A stretch of DNA of 64,000 bases, taken from Candidatus Multivoradales bacterium (GTDB lineage Bacteria; Acidobacteriota; Thermoanaerobaculia; Multivoradales; J023). Every line of letters starts with the position of its first letter. Positions within the stretch are counted from its first letter, which is position 1. The position numbers and the translations under genes were made by a program. The stretch spans positions 963,700 to 1,027,699 of the forward strand of contig CBDFLE010000006.1 of NCBI GenBank assembly GCA_965248925.1. Direction: 5' to 3'. Shown one piece after another: positions 27,595 to 37,643 of the stretch. The notes under the pieces are model-generated. The model did no database searches, had not been told where the DNA came from, and saw only the letters and a list, made by a program, of their open reading frames with translations.

Positions 27595-29257
27595 TGCGCT
27601 TCAGCTTCCGGCGCCAGCTTCTCGAATTATTCGAGATTCGCTCTGGCGAAGGCCTTGCGATCGGTCTGCTACTGCTCTACTCGTCGTTGTCGGGCATTGT
27701 CGTAGGGTTCTATTTCACGGTCGCCAACGCCGCTTTCCTGAGCCAGTTCGACCTCTCCCAACTGCGCCAGATCCTACCCTTCGCCTATATGGCTTCGGGG
27801 GTCGTGGCAGCGCTGGCGGCGGCTCTTTTCGCTACCGCCGAGCATCGTCTCTCGCTACCCACGCTGCTGCTTGGCAATACGGCCTGCTTATTTTTCGTCG
27901 TGGGGGGCTTCGCGGTGGGATTCGGGCGCTCCAGCGGCGACCTGCTCAGCATCGCCAGCATTGTCTTCGTCGTCCCCATCCTGACCTTGCTCGATCTCGG
28001 CTTCTGGGGGTTTGGCCGGAGGTCTGCTCGACCTCGAACAGAGCAAGCGCCTACTCGGCGTCGTCAGCTCGGGCGAGGTGCTGTTAGCAGCGCTGAGCTT
28101 CCTCGCCGTGCCGTTGCTCTTCGACGCTGGCTTCGGCGCCGTGCTGCTGCTGACTCTTGCCACCGCCGCCTTACTCGCGACCCTACTCCTACTGCCGGTG
28201 ATCTTCGCCTGCCACCGGCAACGCCTCGAGGACAGCGGCGAGACTCTCGCCGAGCGATCCGCCGATGAGCCGGACGCGGCAGTCCAGAACAGCGCGGCGC
28301 GACGCTACCTAGCCCTGATGACCGCGGTCACCTTGCTGTTCATCCTGACGCAGTATTTTGTCGACTACAGCTTCCTAACCGAGATCCGCCAAACGATTCC
28401 GCAGCGGGGGGAGCTGACCCGCTTTCTAGGTTGGTTCTTCTTCGCCACTAAGACTCTTGAGTTGATCGTCAAGACCGTCGGGCTCGGCCGCCTGCTGCGC
28501 CATTTGGGCCTGTTCGGCGCCGGTGGCCTGCTGGCGCTGCTGGCCCGCAGCCCGATCCTCGGCGGCCTGGGGCCACGGCTGATGATCATGGCTTCGCTGC
28601 TCTGTGCCTGGTTGGCGGCCAGCTTGGCACTCTTTAGCGAGTATCGCGAACACCTCCTGGAGGCCCTCGACCGGCAAACTAGCCAGCTGCTCAACTCTCC
28701 GCTGGAGACCATCCGCAATCAGCTGGCGGGCGCCGAGCGCGATGAGCTGAGACTAGTGCTCAACGTGCTGCAGCGAGTCGAGCCGGAGTTCTTCAACCGT
28801 TCGCTGGCCGAGCTGCTGAGATCGCCGAAGCTGGCCAGCCGGAGCGAAGCGGTGGAGAGGGTGATCGAGCTGCGGCTGCTCCGAGCAGGGATAGAGCGGT
28901 TCGAGGCGGCTGAGAGCGATCTTCAGCTGCGCCAGCGGGCCGCGGAAGCCCTGCGCATCCTTAGACCAGGCCGAGCACTCTTCTAACACCCTCGAGAAAG
29001 TCACGGCACTGGCCGCCGGGGCGCTGCTCGAAACGGTAGGCAGTGCTCCCCAGGAGCTGTTCCTCAAGCTGCTCGCGGATGCCGACGTCCTGGGGGAGAT
29101 CGCGGTATTCGAATCCGGCAAACGGGTTGCCAACGCCACCTCTATCGGCCCAAGCCGTCTGCTGCGGGTCGACCGCCAGCAGCTCACCGACCTGCTGGCA
29201 GACCACTTCGAGATGCTACCGACATTTATCCAGGTCATCACCCAACGCCGGGCCTGA
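27594..29257 (+). pseudogene. Npt/TLC-like MFS transporter - HEAT repeat - partial cNMP-binding domain gene, disrupted by two frameshifts (~28010 and ~28985).
   Basis: Three consecutive frames carry protein-like sequence: MRFSFRRQLLELFEIRSGEG...(TMs); ...LFSEYREHLLEALD...HEAT...; ...DVLGEIAVFESGKRVANATSIGPSRLLRV... First shift is at a G5 run (ttctgggggttt). Confidence 0.5.
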
Positions 29258-29367
29258 AGGATCCCCCGGAGGGTCCCGATGAGACCCAGGAGCACGAGAT
29301 CGAAGCTGACTATCGCCACGATCCACGGGATTTGATTGACACCCTCGAGCGCTTCAATGCCTTCGAG

Positions 29368-29745
29368 CTATCCGCCGACCTCTTCGGTCGTGGCGTCATC
29401 AGCGCTGGCGGCAAAGCTGGCCACCGCCTCGGCTTCGTCGTCGTAGGATTCCAACAGCGGTAGGACCTGGCTGATCTCGAGCACGTCGCGAATCCGCCCA
29501 GCGGTCGACAGCAGCTTGAGCCGCGAGCCAAAACGGCCCGCCAGGCGATAGCCGGCCACCAACTCGCCAACCCCGGCACTATCGATACGGCTGAGTCCGG
29601 ACATGTTGAGCAGGATCTGCTTCCACTCGGCGGCAACCAGTTCGTTGATCACCTCGCGCAGCATCTCCTCAGGGCCACCGGCGATCAGACGGCCTTCGAG
29701 ATCGACGATCAGAGTTTTGCCGGACTGACGAAGTTCTACGTGCAT
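29368..29745 (-). CDS. STAS-domain anti-sigma-factor antagonist (SpoIIAA-like).
   Basis: LIVDLEGRLIAG...LNMSGLSRIDSAGVGELVAGYRLAGRFGSRLKL. Confidence 0.7.
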   Translation of the reverse strand: MHVELRQSGKTLIVDLEGRLIAGGPEEMLREVINELVAAEWKQILLNMSGLSRIDSAGVGELVAGYRLAGRFGSRLKLLSTAGRIRDVLEISQVLPLLESYDDEAEAVASFAASADDATTEEVGG

Positions 29746-29871
29746 AAGCTAAGCTCTCCTGGGTTCGCGGAGGCCGCAGGATAGCACGGCCAGAGGGCGG
29801 TGAAGCGATCGTCAGGGCACCGTCACAACAACCTCGGCGGCAGAGGGAATGTTGAGCAAGGGAGAGGGTCG

Positions 29872-30170
29872 ATGGCCGAGCGAGCAAGCGAGCAAGACAC
29901 CGCCGTAGGCGATTTCATGAGGCGGAATTTCCGCCACTTCAACGCCCGCTCTGTGGTCGAAGCGGCCGCCGCTTGGGTTGCTCAGCTAGACCAGGGCAAC
30001 CACATGTTCCTTACCTTGGCGGGGGCCATGAGCACTGCTGAAATCGGCCTACAACTGACCGAGATGATCCGCCGCGGCAAAGTCCACGGCATCTGCTGCA
30101 CCGGCGCCTACCCCGAGGAAGAGCTGTTCAACCTAGTCCCCCACGACCACCATGTGGGCTTCCGGATTGA
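29872..30170 (+). pseudogene. Deoxyhypusine synthase-like gene, 5' fragment only (~100 aa), paralogous to 37756..38736.
   Basis: MAERASEQDTAVGDFMRRNFRHFNARSVVEAAAAWVAQLDQGNHMFLTLAGAMSTAEIGLQLTEMIRRGKVHGICCTGAYPEEELFNLVPHDHH, then homology is lost although the ORF continues as low-complexity junk. Confidence 0.6.
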
Positions 30171-30217
30171 TCGAGAAAAACCCTCGGCCCCAGCGGTCGA
30201 CCGAGTAGGGATCGAGC
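30163..30217. repeat. ~55-nt segment ~85% identical to speA 5' coding region (22556..22610), at the breakpoint of the DHS-like fragment.
   Basis: attgatcgagaaaaaccctcggccccagcggtcgaccgagtagggatcgagcgag vs gttgatcgagaaaaatcctcggccccaactgtcgacccggtagagctcgcgag. Minus-strand translation gives ...DRWGRGFFSINP. Confidence 0.55.
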
Positions 30218-30376
30218 GAGCTGGCGGTCGCTGCTTGTGGCGGCTCGAGGGCGGATTGATCGACCGTCTACCTGGCTGCGTAGCATTAGGATACGATCCC
30301 CCCCACCAAACGCCTTATGAACACCAGAATCTTGGACTTCTTGCCGATGAACATTGCTGCAGATTGGCCGCGGCGC

Positions 30377-32101
30377 ATGGCCGGCGCCGCGGCGCTCGGG
30401 CTGTGGGCGTTGGCCTGCTCGGTAGAGTCTCCGGCGCCCGGCGGCGGCGACACCTCACATGCGCCGTGGTTCGTCGAGGTGCAGGACACCTCGGGACTCG
30501 ACTTCCGCCACCAGCACGGCGGCAGCGGCGAGCGCTACATGATCGAAACCATGACCGGCGGCGCCGGCTTGCTCGACTTCGACAACGATGGTTGGCTCGA
30601 CGCCTACCTGGTGCAGAGTGGGCCGCTGCCGGGTTTCGCCGATCAGACACCGCTACCCAACCAGCTCTATCGCCACCGCGGCGACGGGATCAACTTCGAA
30701 GACGTCACCGAGGGCTCGGGAGCCGGCGACACCGGCTACGGCATCGGCACCTGCTTCGGCGACATCGACAACGACGGCTGGATCGACATCTACGTCACCA
30801 ATCTCGGTCAGGACACGCTGCTGCGCAACCGCGGCCTGAGCGACGGCCGAGTCACCTTCGAAGACGTCACCGCGGCGGCCGGCATCGACAGCCCGGCCTA
30901 TGGCTCGAGCTGCGCTTTCGCCGACTACGACCGCGACGGCTGCCTCGACCTGTTCGTGGTCAACTTTGTCAACTTCACCCTTGAGAACCACCTGCGCTGC
31001 GGCGCCGAGAAGTTGCGCACCTACTGCTCGCCCGACGTCTACGACGGCCTGCCCGACCAGCTCTACCGCAATCACTGCGACGGCTCAGGCGGTTTCGACG
31101 ACGTCTCCGAGGCCGCCGGGGTGGTCAACCACGACCCCGAGCAGGGCAAGGGGTTGGGGGTGGTTTGGACCGACTTCGATGACGACGGCGACCTCGACAT
31201 CTACGTCGCCAACGACTCGACTCGCAACTTCCTCTACAGCAACCGCGGCGACGGCACCTTCGAGGACGTGGCGATCTTCGCCGGCGCCGCCTTCAACGAC
31301 CGCGGCCTGACCGAAGCCAGCATGGGGCTCGACGCCGGCGACTACGACGGCGACGGCCGCCTCGACCTGTTCATGACCCACCTCGACTTCGAGTCCAACA
31401 CCCTCTATCGCAACGCCCCCAACAACCTCTTCCTCGACTCCAGCGCCATGACCGGGGTGGTGACGCCGAGCGCCACGCGGGTCGGCTTCGGAACCAACTT
31501 CCTCGACTTCGACCACGATGGCGACAACGATCTCTTCGTCGCCAACGGCCATATTCTCGACAACGCCAAGGAGCGTAATCCGACCCTCGACTACGAGCAG
31601 CGCAACCAGCTGCTGGAGAATCGCGATGGCCGTTTCGTCGACGTTTCGGGGCAGGCCGGCGAGCATTTCACGATCCGCCGGGTCGGCCGGGCCTCGGCCA
31701 CCGGCGACCTCGACAACGACGGCGATCTCGATCTGCTGATCGCCAACTCCAACCGCGAGGTCGTGGTGCTGCGCAACCAGCGCGAGCTGATCGGCGGCGG
31801 GCGCCGCTGGCTGATGCTGCGCCTGCTGAGCCGCCACGGTGGCCGCGACGCGATCGGCAGCCGAGTGCGGGTCATTGCCGGCGATCGGATCTGGGTCGAC
31901 GAGATCCACAGCGGCGCCAGCTACCTCGCCCAGAGCGATCTGCGGGTCCATTTCGGACTGGGAGAGATCGATCGCATCGACCGGATCGAGATCCGCTGGC
32001 CGGAGGGGGAAATCCAGCAGCTCGATGGCGCCGGCTTGGAGCTCGACCGGCTGCACACCCTCCGCCAGCCGGCTGCGCCAGCCGCGGAGGAAGGCCGATG
32101 A
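30377..32101 (+). CDS. CRTAC1-family protein (FG-GAP/VCBS repeats + ASPIC/UnbV domain), lipoprotein.
   Basis: Repeated DxDxDGxxD FG-GAP motifs (FDNDGWLD, DIDNDGWID, DLDNDGDLD) and C-terminal UnbV-like segment. Lipobox LWALACS. Confidence 0.75.
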   Translation: MAGAAALGLWALACSVESPAPGGGDTSHAPWFVEVQDTSGLDFRHQHGGSGERYMIETMTGGAGLLDFDNDGWLDAYLVQSGPLPGFADQTPLPNQLYRHRGDGINFEDVTEGSGAGDTGYGIGTCFGDIDNDGWIDIYVTNLGQDTLLRNRGLSDGRVTFEDVTAAAGIDSPAYGSSCAFADYDRDGCLDLFVVNFVNFTLENHLRCGAEKLRTYCSPDVYDGLPDQLYRNHCDGSGGFDDVSEAAGVVNHDPEQGKGLGVVWTDFDDDGDLDIYVANDSTRNFLYSNRGDGTFEDVAIFAGAAFNDRGLTEASMGLDAGDYDGDGRLDLFMTHLDFESNTLYRNAPNNLFLDSSAMTGVVTPSATRVGFGTNFLDFDHDGDNDLFVANGHILDNAKERNPTLDYEQRNQLLENRDGRFVDVSGQAGEHFTIRRVGRASATGDLDNDGDLDLLIANSNREVVVLRNQRELIGGGRRWLMLRLLSRHGGRDAIGSRVRVIAGDRIWVDEIHSGASYLAQSDLRVHFGLGEIDRIDRIEIRWPEGEIQQLDGAGLELDRLHTLRQPAAPAAEEGR

Positions 32102-33576
32102 CCCGCTCGCTGAGGGTGCTTTGCGCCGCGGCCCTGCTGCTCGCTGCCTGCGCTGCCGATCCATCGCCGCCGCCGGCCTACCAGCTGACGCCGGAAGAGC
32201 AAGCGCTGATGGCCCGGATCACCGAGCTGCAATCGCTGCGCGAGTACGATGAAGGCATCGCCGCGGCCGAGGCTTTTCTCGCCACCCATCCCGACGCCCG
32301 CCGGATCCACTACGCGATAGGCGTGTTGCACGGCCTGTCGGACCGGCACCGGCAGGCGCTGGCAGCTTTCGAGCAAGAGCTGGCCATCGACCCGACTCAT
32401 CTGGCGAGCTATCGCGGCAGCGCCACGGCACATACCTTGCTCGGCCAAGCAGAGGCCGCTATCGAGAAGCTCCGTCAGGCATTGCAGATCGCTGCCGATC
32501 GTCCCGAGGTCATGCTGGATCTTGGTAGGGCACTTTCGAACTTCGGCCAACTCGACCAAGCCGAGCCGCTACTGCGCCAGGCGTCTCACAGCGGTGGCGC
32601 AGCAGCCCGGGTCGAGCTCGGCATCCTGCTGCGCCGCCAGGGCCGGCTCGAGGAGGCGGCGGAGGCCTTCCGCAAGGCTCTGCAAGAGGATCCTCGGCAG
32701 CTCAGTGCGATGTCCAACCTCGGCCAGACTTTGAGCGCGCTGGGTCGAGCCGCCGAGGGCCAAGCTCTCTTGCGGCATCACGCCCGGCAGGCATCCCTGC
32801 ACGACCGACTCGATATCTATCAGCGCAGTAGCCTGCTCGAGGGCGCGACAGCGGCCAACTTCCTGCAATTGGCGATACTGCAAATCCGCTCCCGCAAGAC
32901 CGCCGAGGCCGTCGAGTCCTATCGCCGAGCCCTGGAGCTGGATCCTCGATCGACGACCGCCACCCTCGGTCTGGCGGCTCTCTTCCGCCAGAACGGACAA
33001 GCCGGCGAGGCGACCAAGTGGACGGTCCACACCCTGCTGATCGATCCGCAAAACAGCAAGGCGCACTTTCTCCTCGGCATGCTCCGCTTGTCGAAGGGGC
33101 AGCTCGATCTGGCGCTACAAGCTTTCGCGACTTCGCGCCAGCACGAACCTTGGCAGGCCGAGGCCTACTGGCGAACCGGTAACGTCCTTCGATCCCGCTC
33201 CCAGCTGGACCAGGCAGAGCAACACTACCGTCAAGCGCTGGCCTTGAATCCAGAATCAGCGCCAGCACTCTTCGGCATCGGCTTCAGCCAAATGTTGCGA
33301 GGCGAACCAGACCTGGCCATCGCCAACTTACGCCACGCGGCCGCACTGAATAGCTCGGACGCCGACAGTCAGCTGCTGCTCGGCCTGGCGCTGGCCGCCA
33401 GCGGTGACCCTGCGGGGGCAGAAGATATCTGGCGCTCGGCCGCCACCCTGCACCGACTCGATCTGCTGACCGGCAAGACCCTCGAGCAGCTACTGGCACC
33501 GTTCTCGGCCTTGCAAGCCCTCGACGCCACCGCCGCCGGCTTGGAGCGCTACCGGGCGCTGTTGGCGCCGGGGTAG
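32098..33576 (+). CDS. TPR-repeat lipoprotein.
   Basis: Signal peptide LLLAACA, multiple TPR units. Overlaps upstream and downstream genes. Confidence 0.75.
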   Translation: MTRSLRVLCAAALLLAACAADPSPPPAYQLTPEEQALMARITELQSLREYDEGIAAAEAFLATHPDARRIHYAIGVLHGLSDRHRQALAAFEQELAIDPTHLASYRGSATAHTLLGQAEAAIEKLRQALQIAADRPEVMLDLGRALSNFGQLDQAEPLLRQASHSGGAAARVELGILLRRQGRLEEAAEAFRKALQEDPRQLSAMSNLGQTLSALGRAAEGQALLRHHARQASLHDRLDIYQRSSLLEGATAANFLQLAILQIRSRKTAEAVESYRRALELDPRSTTATLGLAALFRQNGQAGEATKWTVHTLLIDPQNSKAHFLLGMLRLSKGQLDLALQAFATSRQHEPWQAEAYWRTGNVLRSRSQLDQAEQHYRQALALNPESAPALFGIGFSQMLRGEPDLAIANLRHAAALNSSDADSQLLLGLALAASGDPAGAEDIWRSAATLHRLDLLTGKTLEQLLAPFSALQALDATAAGLERYRALLAPG

Positions 33577-33585
33577 GGCCGAGCG

Positions 33586-35844
33586 GTGTTGAGGCGGTAC
33601 AGCGCCTGCCTGCTGGCGGCGGCCCTGCAGATCTCCTGCGGTGAAGCCGAAGACCGCTCCCAGCCTACGGGCTCTCACCTCCCAGCGACCTCACCGGCCC
33701 GGCCAGCCGTGGTAGAGCCCCATCGACCCGCCCCCATCCGACCGCCGGGCAATGCGGATCTGCCCCCCTTCTCGGAGCTGCTTTCCGAGGCCATCGAAGC
33801 CCCCGACCCGATGCGCTCGCTGACTCTGGGCCGGCAACGGGTCGCCCTGGTCCGGGACCGCCTGGATCGCGCCGGCAAGGCGCGCGAGCGTTTTCAGCTG
33901 ACCGTCGCGCTGGGCCGCGAGCAGCTCTGGGCTGGTCAGACCGAGGAGGCGATCAAGACCTTTCGCGGGGCGCTCGAGATGCCGGCGGCGACCGAGCATG
34001 CCGAGGAACGCCGCCAAGTGCGCAAATGGGTGGCGATCGCCTACCTCCGCCTGGGCGAGGAAGAGAACTGCCTGGCGCTGCACCGGGCGGGCTCGTGCAT
34101 CTTGCCGATCGCCGAGGACGCTCGCCACGTCGAGCAACGCGGCTCAAAGGCCGCCATGGCGGAGCTGATCGCGCTGCTCGCCGAGAAGCCCACCCCTGGG
34201 CTGCGCTGGCTGCTGAACCTGGCGGCGATGACCCTCGGCGAGTATCCCGACGGGGTTCCCGCCGAGCACCGCCTCCCCCGCCGCCTGCTGGCGGGCGAAA
34301 CCAGCGAGTTGCCGCGATTCGTCGACCGGGCGGCGGAGTTCGGGCTCTCGGCAGCTGGACTCTCGGGCGGCGTCGTCACCGAGGACTTCGACGGCGACGG
34401 CCGGCTCGACGTGATGGTGTCCTCATGGGGGCTGCACGATCCGCTACGGTTGTTCCGCAACCAGGGCAATGGCACCTTCGCCGAGGCTGGCACCGCGGCC
34501 GGTCTCGGAGATGAGCTGGGCGGCTTGAACCTGATCCACGCCGACGACAACAACGACGGCCATCCCGACGTGCTGGTGCTGCGCGGCGCCTGGTTGGGCG
34601 CCGCCGGGCTGCATCCCAACTCGCTGTTGCGCAACCACGGCGACGGCACCTTCAGCAACGTCACCCTAGAAGCCGGCCTGCTCGGCTACGCCCCGACCCA
34701 GACCGCGGCTTGGGCCGACTACGACGGCGATGGTTGGCTCGATCTGTTGATCGGCAACGAGGCCGGCAGCGGCGCCTACACACCCTGCCAGCTGTATCGC
34801 AATCACGGCGACGGCACCTACTCGGACGTCGCGCCGCAGCTCGGGCTGGACATCTCGGCCTTCGTCAAAGGGGTCGCCTGGGGCGACTACGACGACGACG
34901 GCTGGCCTGATCTCTACCTGTCGATCTTCGGCCAGCCCAACCGGCTGTTGCGCAACCAAGGTCCGGCGGCCGGTTTTCGCTTTGCCGACGTCACCCGGGC
35001 CGCCGGGGTGGCGCAGCCGCTCAAGAGCTTCGCCACCTGGTTCTGGGACTACGACAACGACGGCCTGCTCGACCTGCTCGCCGCTTCCTACTCGGGCCTC
35101 AGCGCCGAGTCGCTCGACGAGGTGGTCCGCGACCTGCTCGGCGAAGAGACCGCGGGCGAGCGGCCGCGCCTCTACCGCAACCGCGGCGACGGCACCTTCG
35201 AAGACCACACCGCGGCGGCCGGCCTCGACACCGTGCTGCTGGCGATGGGCGCCAACTACGGCGATCTCGACAACGACGGCTTTCTCGACGTCTACTTCGG
35301 CACCGGCGAGCCGAGCTTCTCGACCCTGGTGCCCAACCGCATGTTCCACAACCGAGCCGGCCGCACCTTTGACGACGTCTCGCTCGCCGCCGGCTTCGGC
35401 CATCTGCAGAAGGGCCACGCCATCGCCTTCGCCGACCTCGACAACGACGGCGACCAGGATGTCTACGCGGTGATCGGCGGCGCCTATGCCGGCGACGTCT
35501 ACCCCGATGCGGTGTTCGTCAACCCGGGCAGCAGCAACCGCTGGCTGACCCTGCGCCTCGAAGGCAGGCGCGCCAACCGATCGGCGATCGGCGCGAGGGT
35601 CGAGGTCCGAGTGGTGGCGCCCGGCGGCGAACGTTCGATCTTCCGCACCGTCAGCACCGGTGGCAGCTTCGGCTCGTCGAGCTTGCAGCTGGAGATCGGC
35701 TTGGGCTCGGCCGCGGAGCTGCTGGAGGTGAACATTCGCTGGCCGCTTCCGGGTCTGGGCCGGCAACGCTTCACCGATCTCGAGAGCAATACGATCTACC
35801 GCTTGATCGAGGGCGAGCAGGAGGCGATTCGAGAGCTACCCTAG
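33586..35844 (+). CDS. CRTAC1-family protein (FG-GAP/VCBS + ASPIC/UnbV) with N-terminal TPR-like region.
   Basis: FG-GAP motifs (FDGDGRLD, YDGDGWLD, YDDDGWPD, DLDNDGFLD, DLDNDGDQD) and UnbV-like C-terminus. Confidence 0.75.
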   Translation: MLRRYSACLLAAALQISCGEAEDRSQPTGSHLPATSPARPAVVEPHRPAPIRPPGNADLPPFSELLSEAIEAPDPMRSLTLGRQRVALVRDRLDRAGKARERFQLTVALGREQLWAGQTEEAIKTFRGALEMPAATEHAEERRQVRKWVAIAYLRLGEEENCLALHRAGSCILPIAEDARHVEQRGSKAAMAELIALLAEKPTPGLRWLLNLAAMTLGEYPDGVPAEHRLPRRLLAGETSELPRFVDRAAEFGLSAAGLSGGVVTEDFDGDGRLDVMVSSWGLHDPLRLFRNQGNGTFAEAGTAAGLGDELGGLNLIHADDNNDGHPDVLVLRGAWLGAAGLHPNSLLRNHGDGTFSNVTLEAGLLGYAPTQTAAWADYDGDGWLDLLIGNEAGSGAYTPCQLYRNHGDGTYSDVAPQLGLDISAFVKGVAWGDYDDDGWPDLYLSIFGQPNRLLRNQGPAAGFRFADVTRAAGVAQPLKSFATWFWDYDNDGLLDLLAASYSGLSAESLDEVVRDLLGEETAGERPRLYRNRGDGTFEDHTAAAGLDTVLLAMGANYGDLDNDGFLDVYFGTGEPSFSTLVPNRMFHNRAGRTFDDVSLAAGFGHLQKGHAIAFADLDNDGDQDVYAVIGGAYAGDVYPDAVFVNPGSSNRWLTLRLEGRRANRSAIGARVEVRVVAPGGERSIFRTVSTGGSFGSSSLQLEIGLGSAAELLEVNIRWPLPGLGRQRFTDLESNTIYRLIEGEQEAIRELP

Positions 35845-35921
35845 CCTGCTGCGCTCAACAAAAATGGCATCCCGAAGGATGCCATTTTTGTTAGACAAGC
35901 TGTAGCCGCGGTCGATCTGGA

Positions 35922-36605
35922 TCAATCGACGGTGAAGCCCTGCAGCTCGACCGGCACCAACGAGCAGCCGGTGGCGGTGACTTCGATGATGTCCAGGGTG
36001 TACGCTCCGGCAGCTGTGTTCCAGCCATCGGCGATCAAGAAGTAATCAGTCCCTGCGGTGGCAGTGAAAGTAATGTCTTCTCCGGTACCACCATTGTCCT
36101 GGGAAGCGATGCAAGTTCCCGCCAGATTCGTGCAGTCGGTGACGACGTAGATCACCTCGTCATGAGCGCCATCTATCAGAGCATTGACATCGCAGGTGAC
36201 ATCGACTTGCACCCGCCAGGCTTCGTCGTTGGCGCTGCTATTGAAAGTCGTGTCACAAACCCCACCGATGCCGGCGATGTCATAGTCGGCGGAAAGAGCG
36301 GTGGTGTCACCGCCACTGGAGTACGGCACGGCGCCAACCTCGTTCGTCGTGCCAGGGCACATGTCAGCGGGCGCGCGATTGATCGGCAGGACCTTCTGAC
36401 CCAGGATGGTCGCGGTGCCGGCCGGAGCCTTGGCGGCTGGCATCATCTCTTGGTAGGCGGCCCGCTCGCTCGGGGTCAAGCTATGCCAGGTCAATTTGAC
36501 CTGATCCCAGTCGATGTCCTGAGCGGCGAGAGGGCTGGTGAGCAGCAAGGCGACAATGGCTAGCAAACAAGCGAGGCGTGAGAAGCTCTTCATGAATAAC
36601 TCCAA
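35922..36605 (-). CDS. Secreted Cys-rich protein with PPC-like C-terminal domain ending in the tail EVTATGCSLVPVELQGFTVD.
   Basis: Signal peptide MKSFSRLACLLAIVALLLTSPLAA. The C-terminal tail recurs at 37388 and 43702. Confidence 0.55.
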   Translation of the reverse strand: MELFMKSFSRLACLLAIVALLLTSPLAAQDIDWDQVKLTWHSLTPSERAAYQEMMPAAKAPAGTATILGQKVLPINRAPADMCPGTTNEVGAVPYSSGGDTTALSADYDIAGIGGVCDTTFNSSANDEAWRVQVDVTCDVNALIDGAHDEVIYVVTDCTNLAGTCIASQDNGGTGEDITFTATAGTDYFLIADGWNTAAGAYTLDIIEVTATGCSLVPVELQGFTVD

Positions 36606-36730
36606 AGTTCTGTTTCGAGACGGCTCGGATCAACGGCCATCTCAGGTACTCATACACTCAAGCTTTCTTGCCACATGGCTCGAAGCTCGGCAATCTCCAA
36701 ACAATCTGTTGGGCTGGTTAGGTCTGGATC

Positions 36731-37285
36731 TCAAGCGAGGCGGGGCGGCGGGTCCGGCGGCGCGCCCTCAAATAGCCTAGCGATCAGCGGTACGGAGGCC
36801 GACGAGGCCGCCAGAGAGGCCTCGGGCAGGCCGGGAACCCTACGGAGGTCCGCCGGGCTCGAACGCTGCGACGACGTCGCGGATTGCGTATCCTGACACC
36901 GCGGCACCTGGACGTCGAAGCTGCCGAGCACCACTTCGCGGTCGACGATCACCTCGCTACCGCGCGCGGCGACCCGCAGCTGGTAGGTCTGGACTCCGTC
37001 CGAAGCCGAATGACCTACCCGGTAGTCGGCGTTGCCGGGGATCGCCGGCAGCTCGTAGAGCAGCTCGAAGTCCTCCAGGCCACCGCGGCGGTAGAGCCGG
37101 AACACCCAACCGGGGCCGGCAGTGGTCGCCTCCCAGGCAATGTCGAGTTCCCCCGTCGAGTGGATCACCAGGGGCTGCTGCGCGGCTACCTCCGCGGACC
37201 GCGGCGTCACCGGCAACTCGACCCGCGCGGACGCAGGTAGGCCTTGCCACACGACTACAAGGCAACTCGCAATGGCCCCGACCAT
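36731..37285 (-). CDS. Secreted hypothetical protein.
   Basis: 184-aa ORF with N-terminal hydrophobic segment. No recognisable domain. Confidence 0.35.
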   Translation of the reverse strand: MVGAIASCLVVVWQGLPASARVELPVTPRSAEVAAQQPLVIHSTGELDIAWEATTAGPGWVFRLYRRGGLEDFELLYELPAIPGNADYRVGHSASDGVQTYQLRVAARGSEVIVDREVVLGSFDVQVPRCQDTQSATSSQRSSPADLRRVPGLPEASLAASSASVPLIARLFEGAPPDPPPRLA

Positions 37286-37387
37286 CCACCTCCCGGCAGG
37301 ATCGGATACGGAAACCCGTCGTTCGTTTCTGATAGGGGATTACTACCACAGAGACCCGTTGCCCGCAAGCGCATCCCGGCTTGGCGG

Positions 37388-37582
37388 TCAATCGACCCTG
37401 AAGCTCTGCAGCTCCACCGGGATCGAGCAACCGGTGGCGGTGGCTTCAGAAATCTGCCGCCAGGCGGCGGCGATCAGCTCGTTGATCACTCCGCGAAACA
37501 TCTCCTCAAGGCCGCCGGCGACCCGACGGCCTTCGAGGTCGACGATCAAGGTGCTGCTGGACTGACCAAGCTCTACCTGCAT
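37388..37582 (-). pseudogene. Chimeric 64-aa ORF: N-terminal 45 aa of a STAS antagonist paralog fused to the C-terminal tail ...ATGCSIPVELQSFRVD of a secreted-protein paralog.
   Basis: MQVELGQSSSTLIVDLEGRRVAGGLEEMFRGVINELIAAAWRQ is ~85% nt-identical to 29620..29745. The last 65 nt are ~85% identical to 35922..35987. Confidence 0.5.
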
Positions 37583-37643
37583 GGGCTATGCTCCCCGGGC
37601 GCCGCAGGGTGTCTTGCAAACCGTGCCAAGGTCTGCGGAAACC

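Noticed and set aside
28753-29319. 188-aa minus-strand ORF overlapping the cNMP-domain fragment
   Set aside because: W/S/R-rich composition with no motif. The plus-strand frame carries a recognisable cNMP-binding segment instead.
29800-30984. 394-aa ORF-track ORF, considered as one long protein
   Set aside because: Only the first ~100 aa are DHS-like. The remainder is Arg/His-rich junk running antisense to the real CRTAC1 gene.
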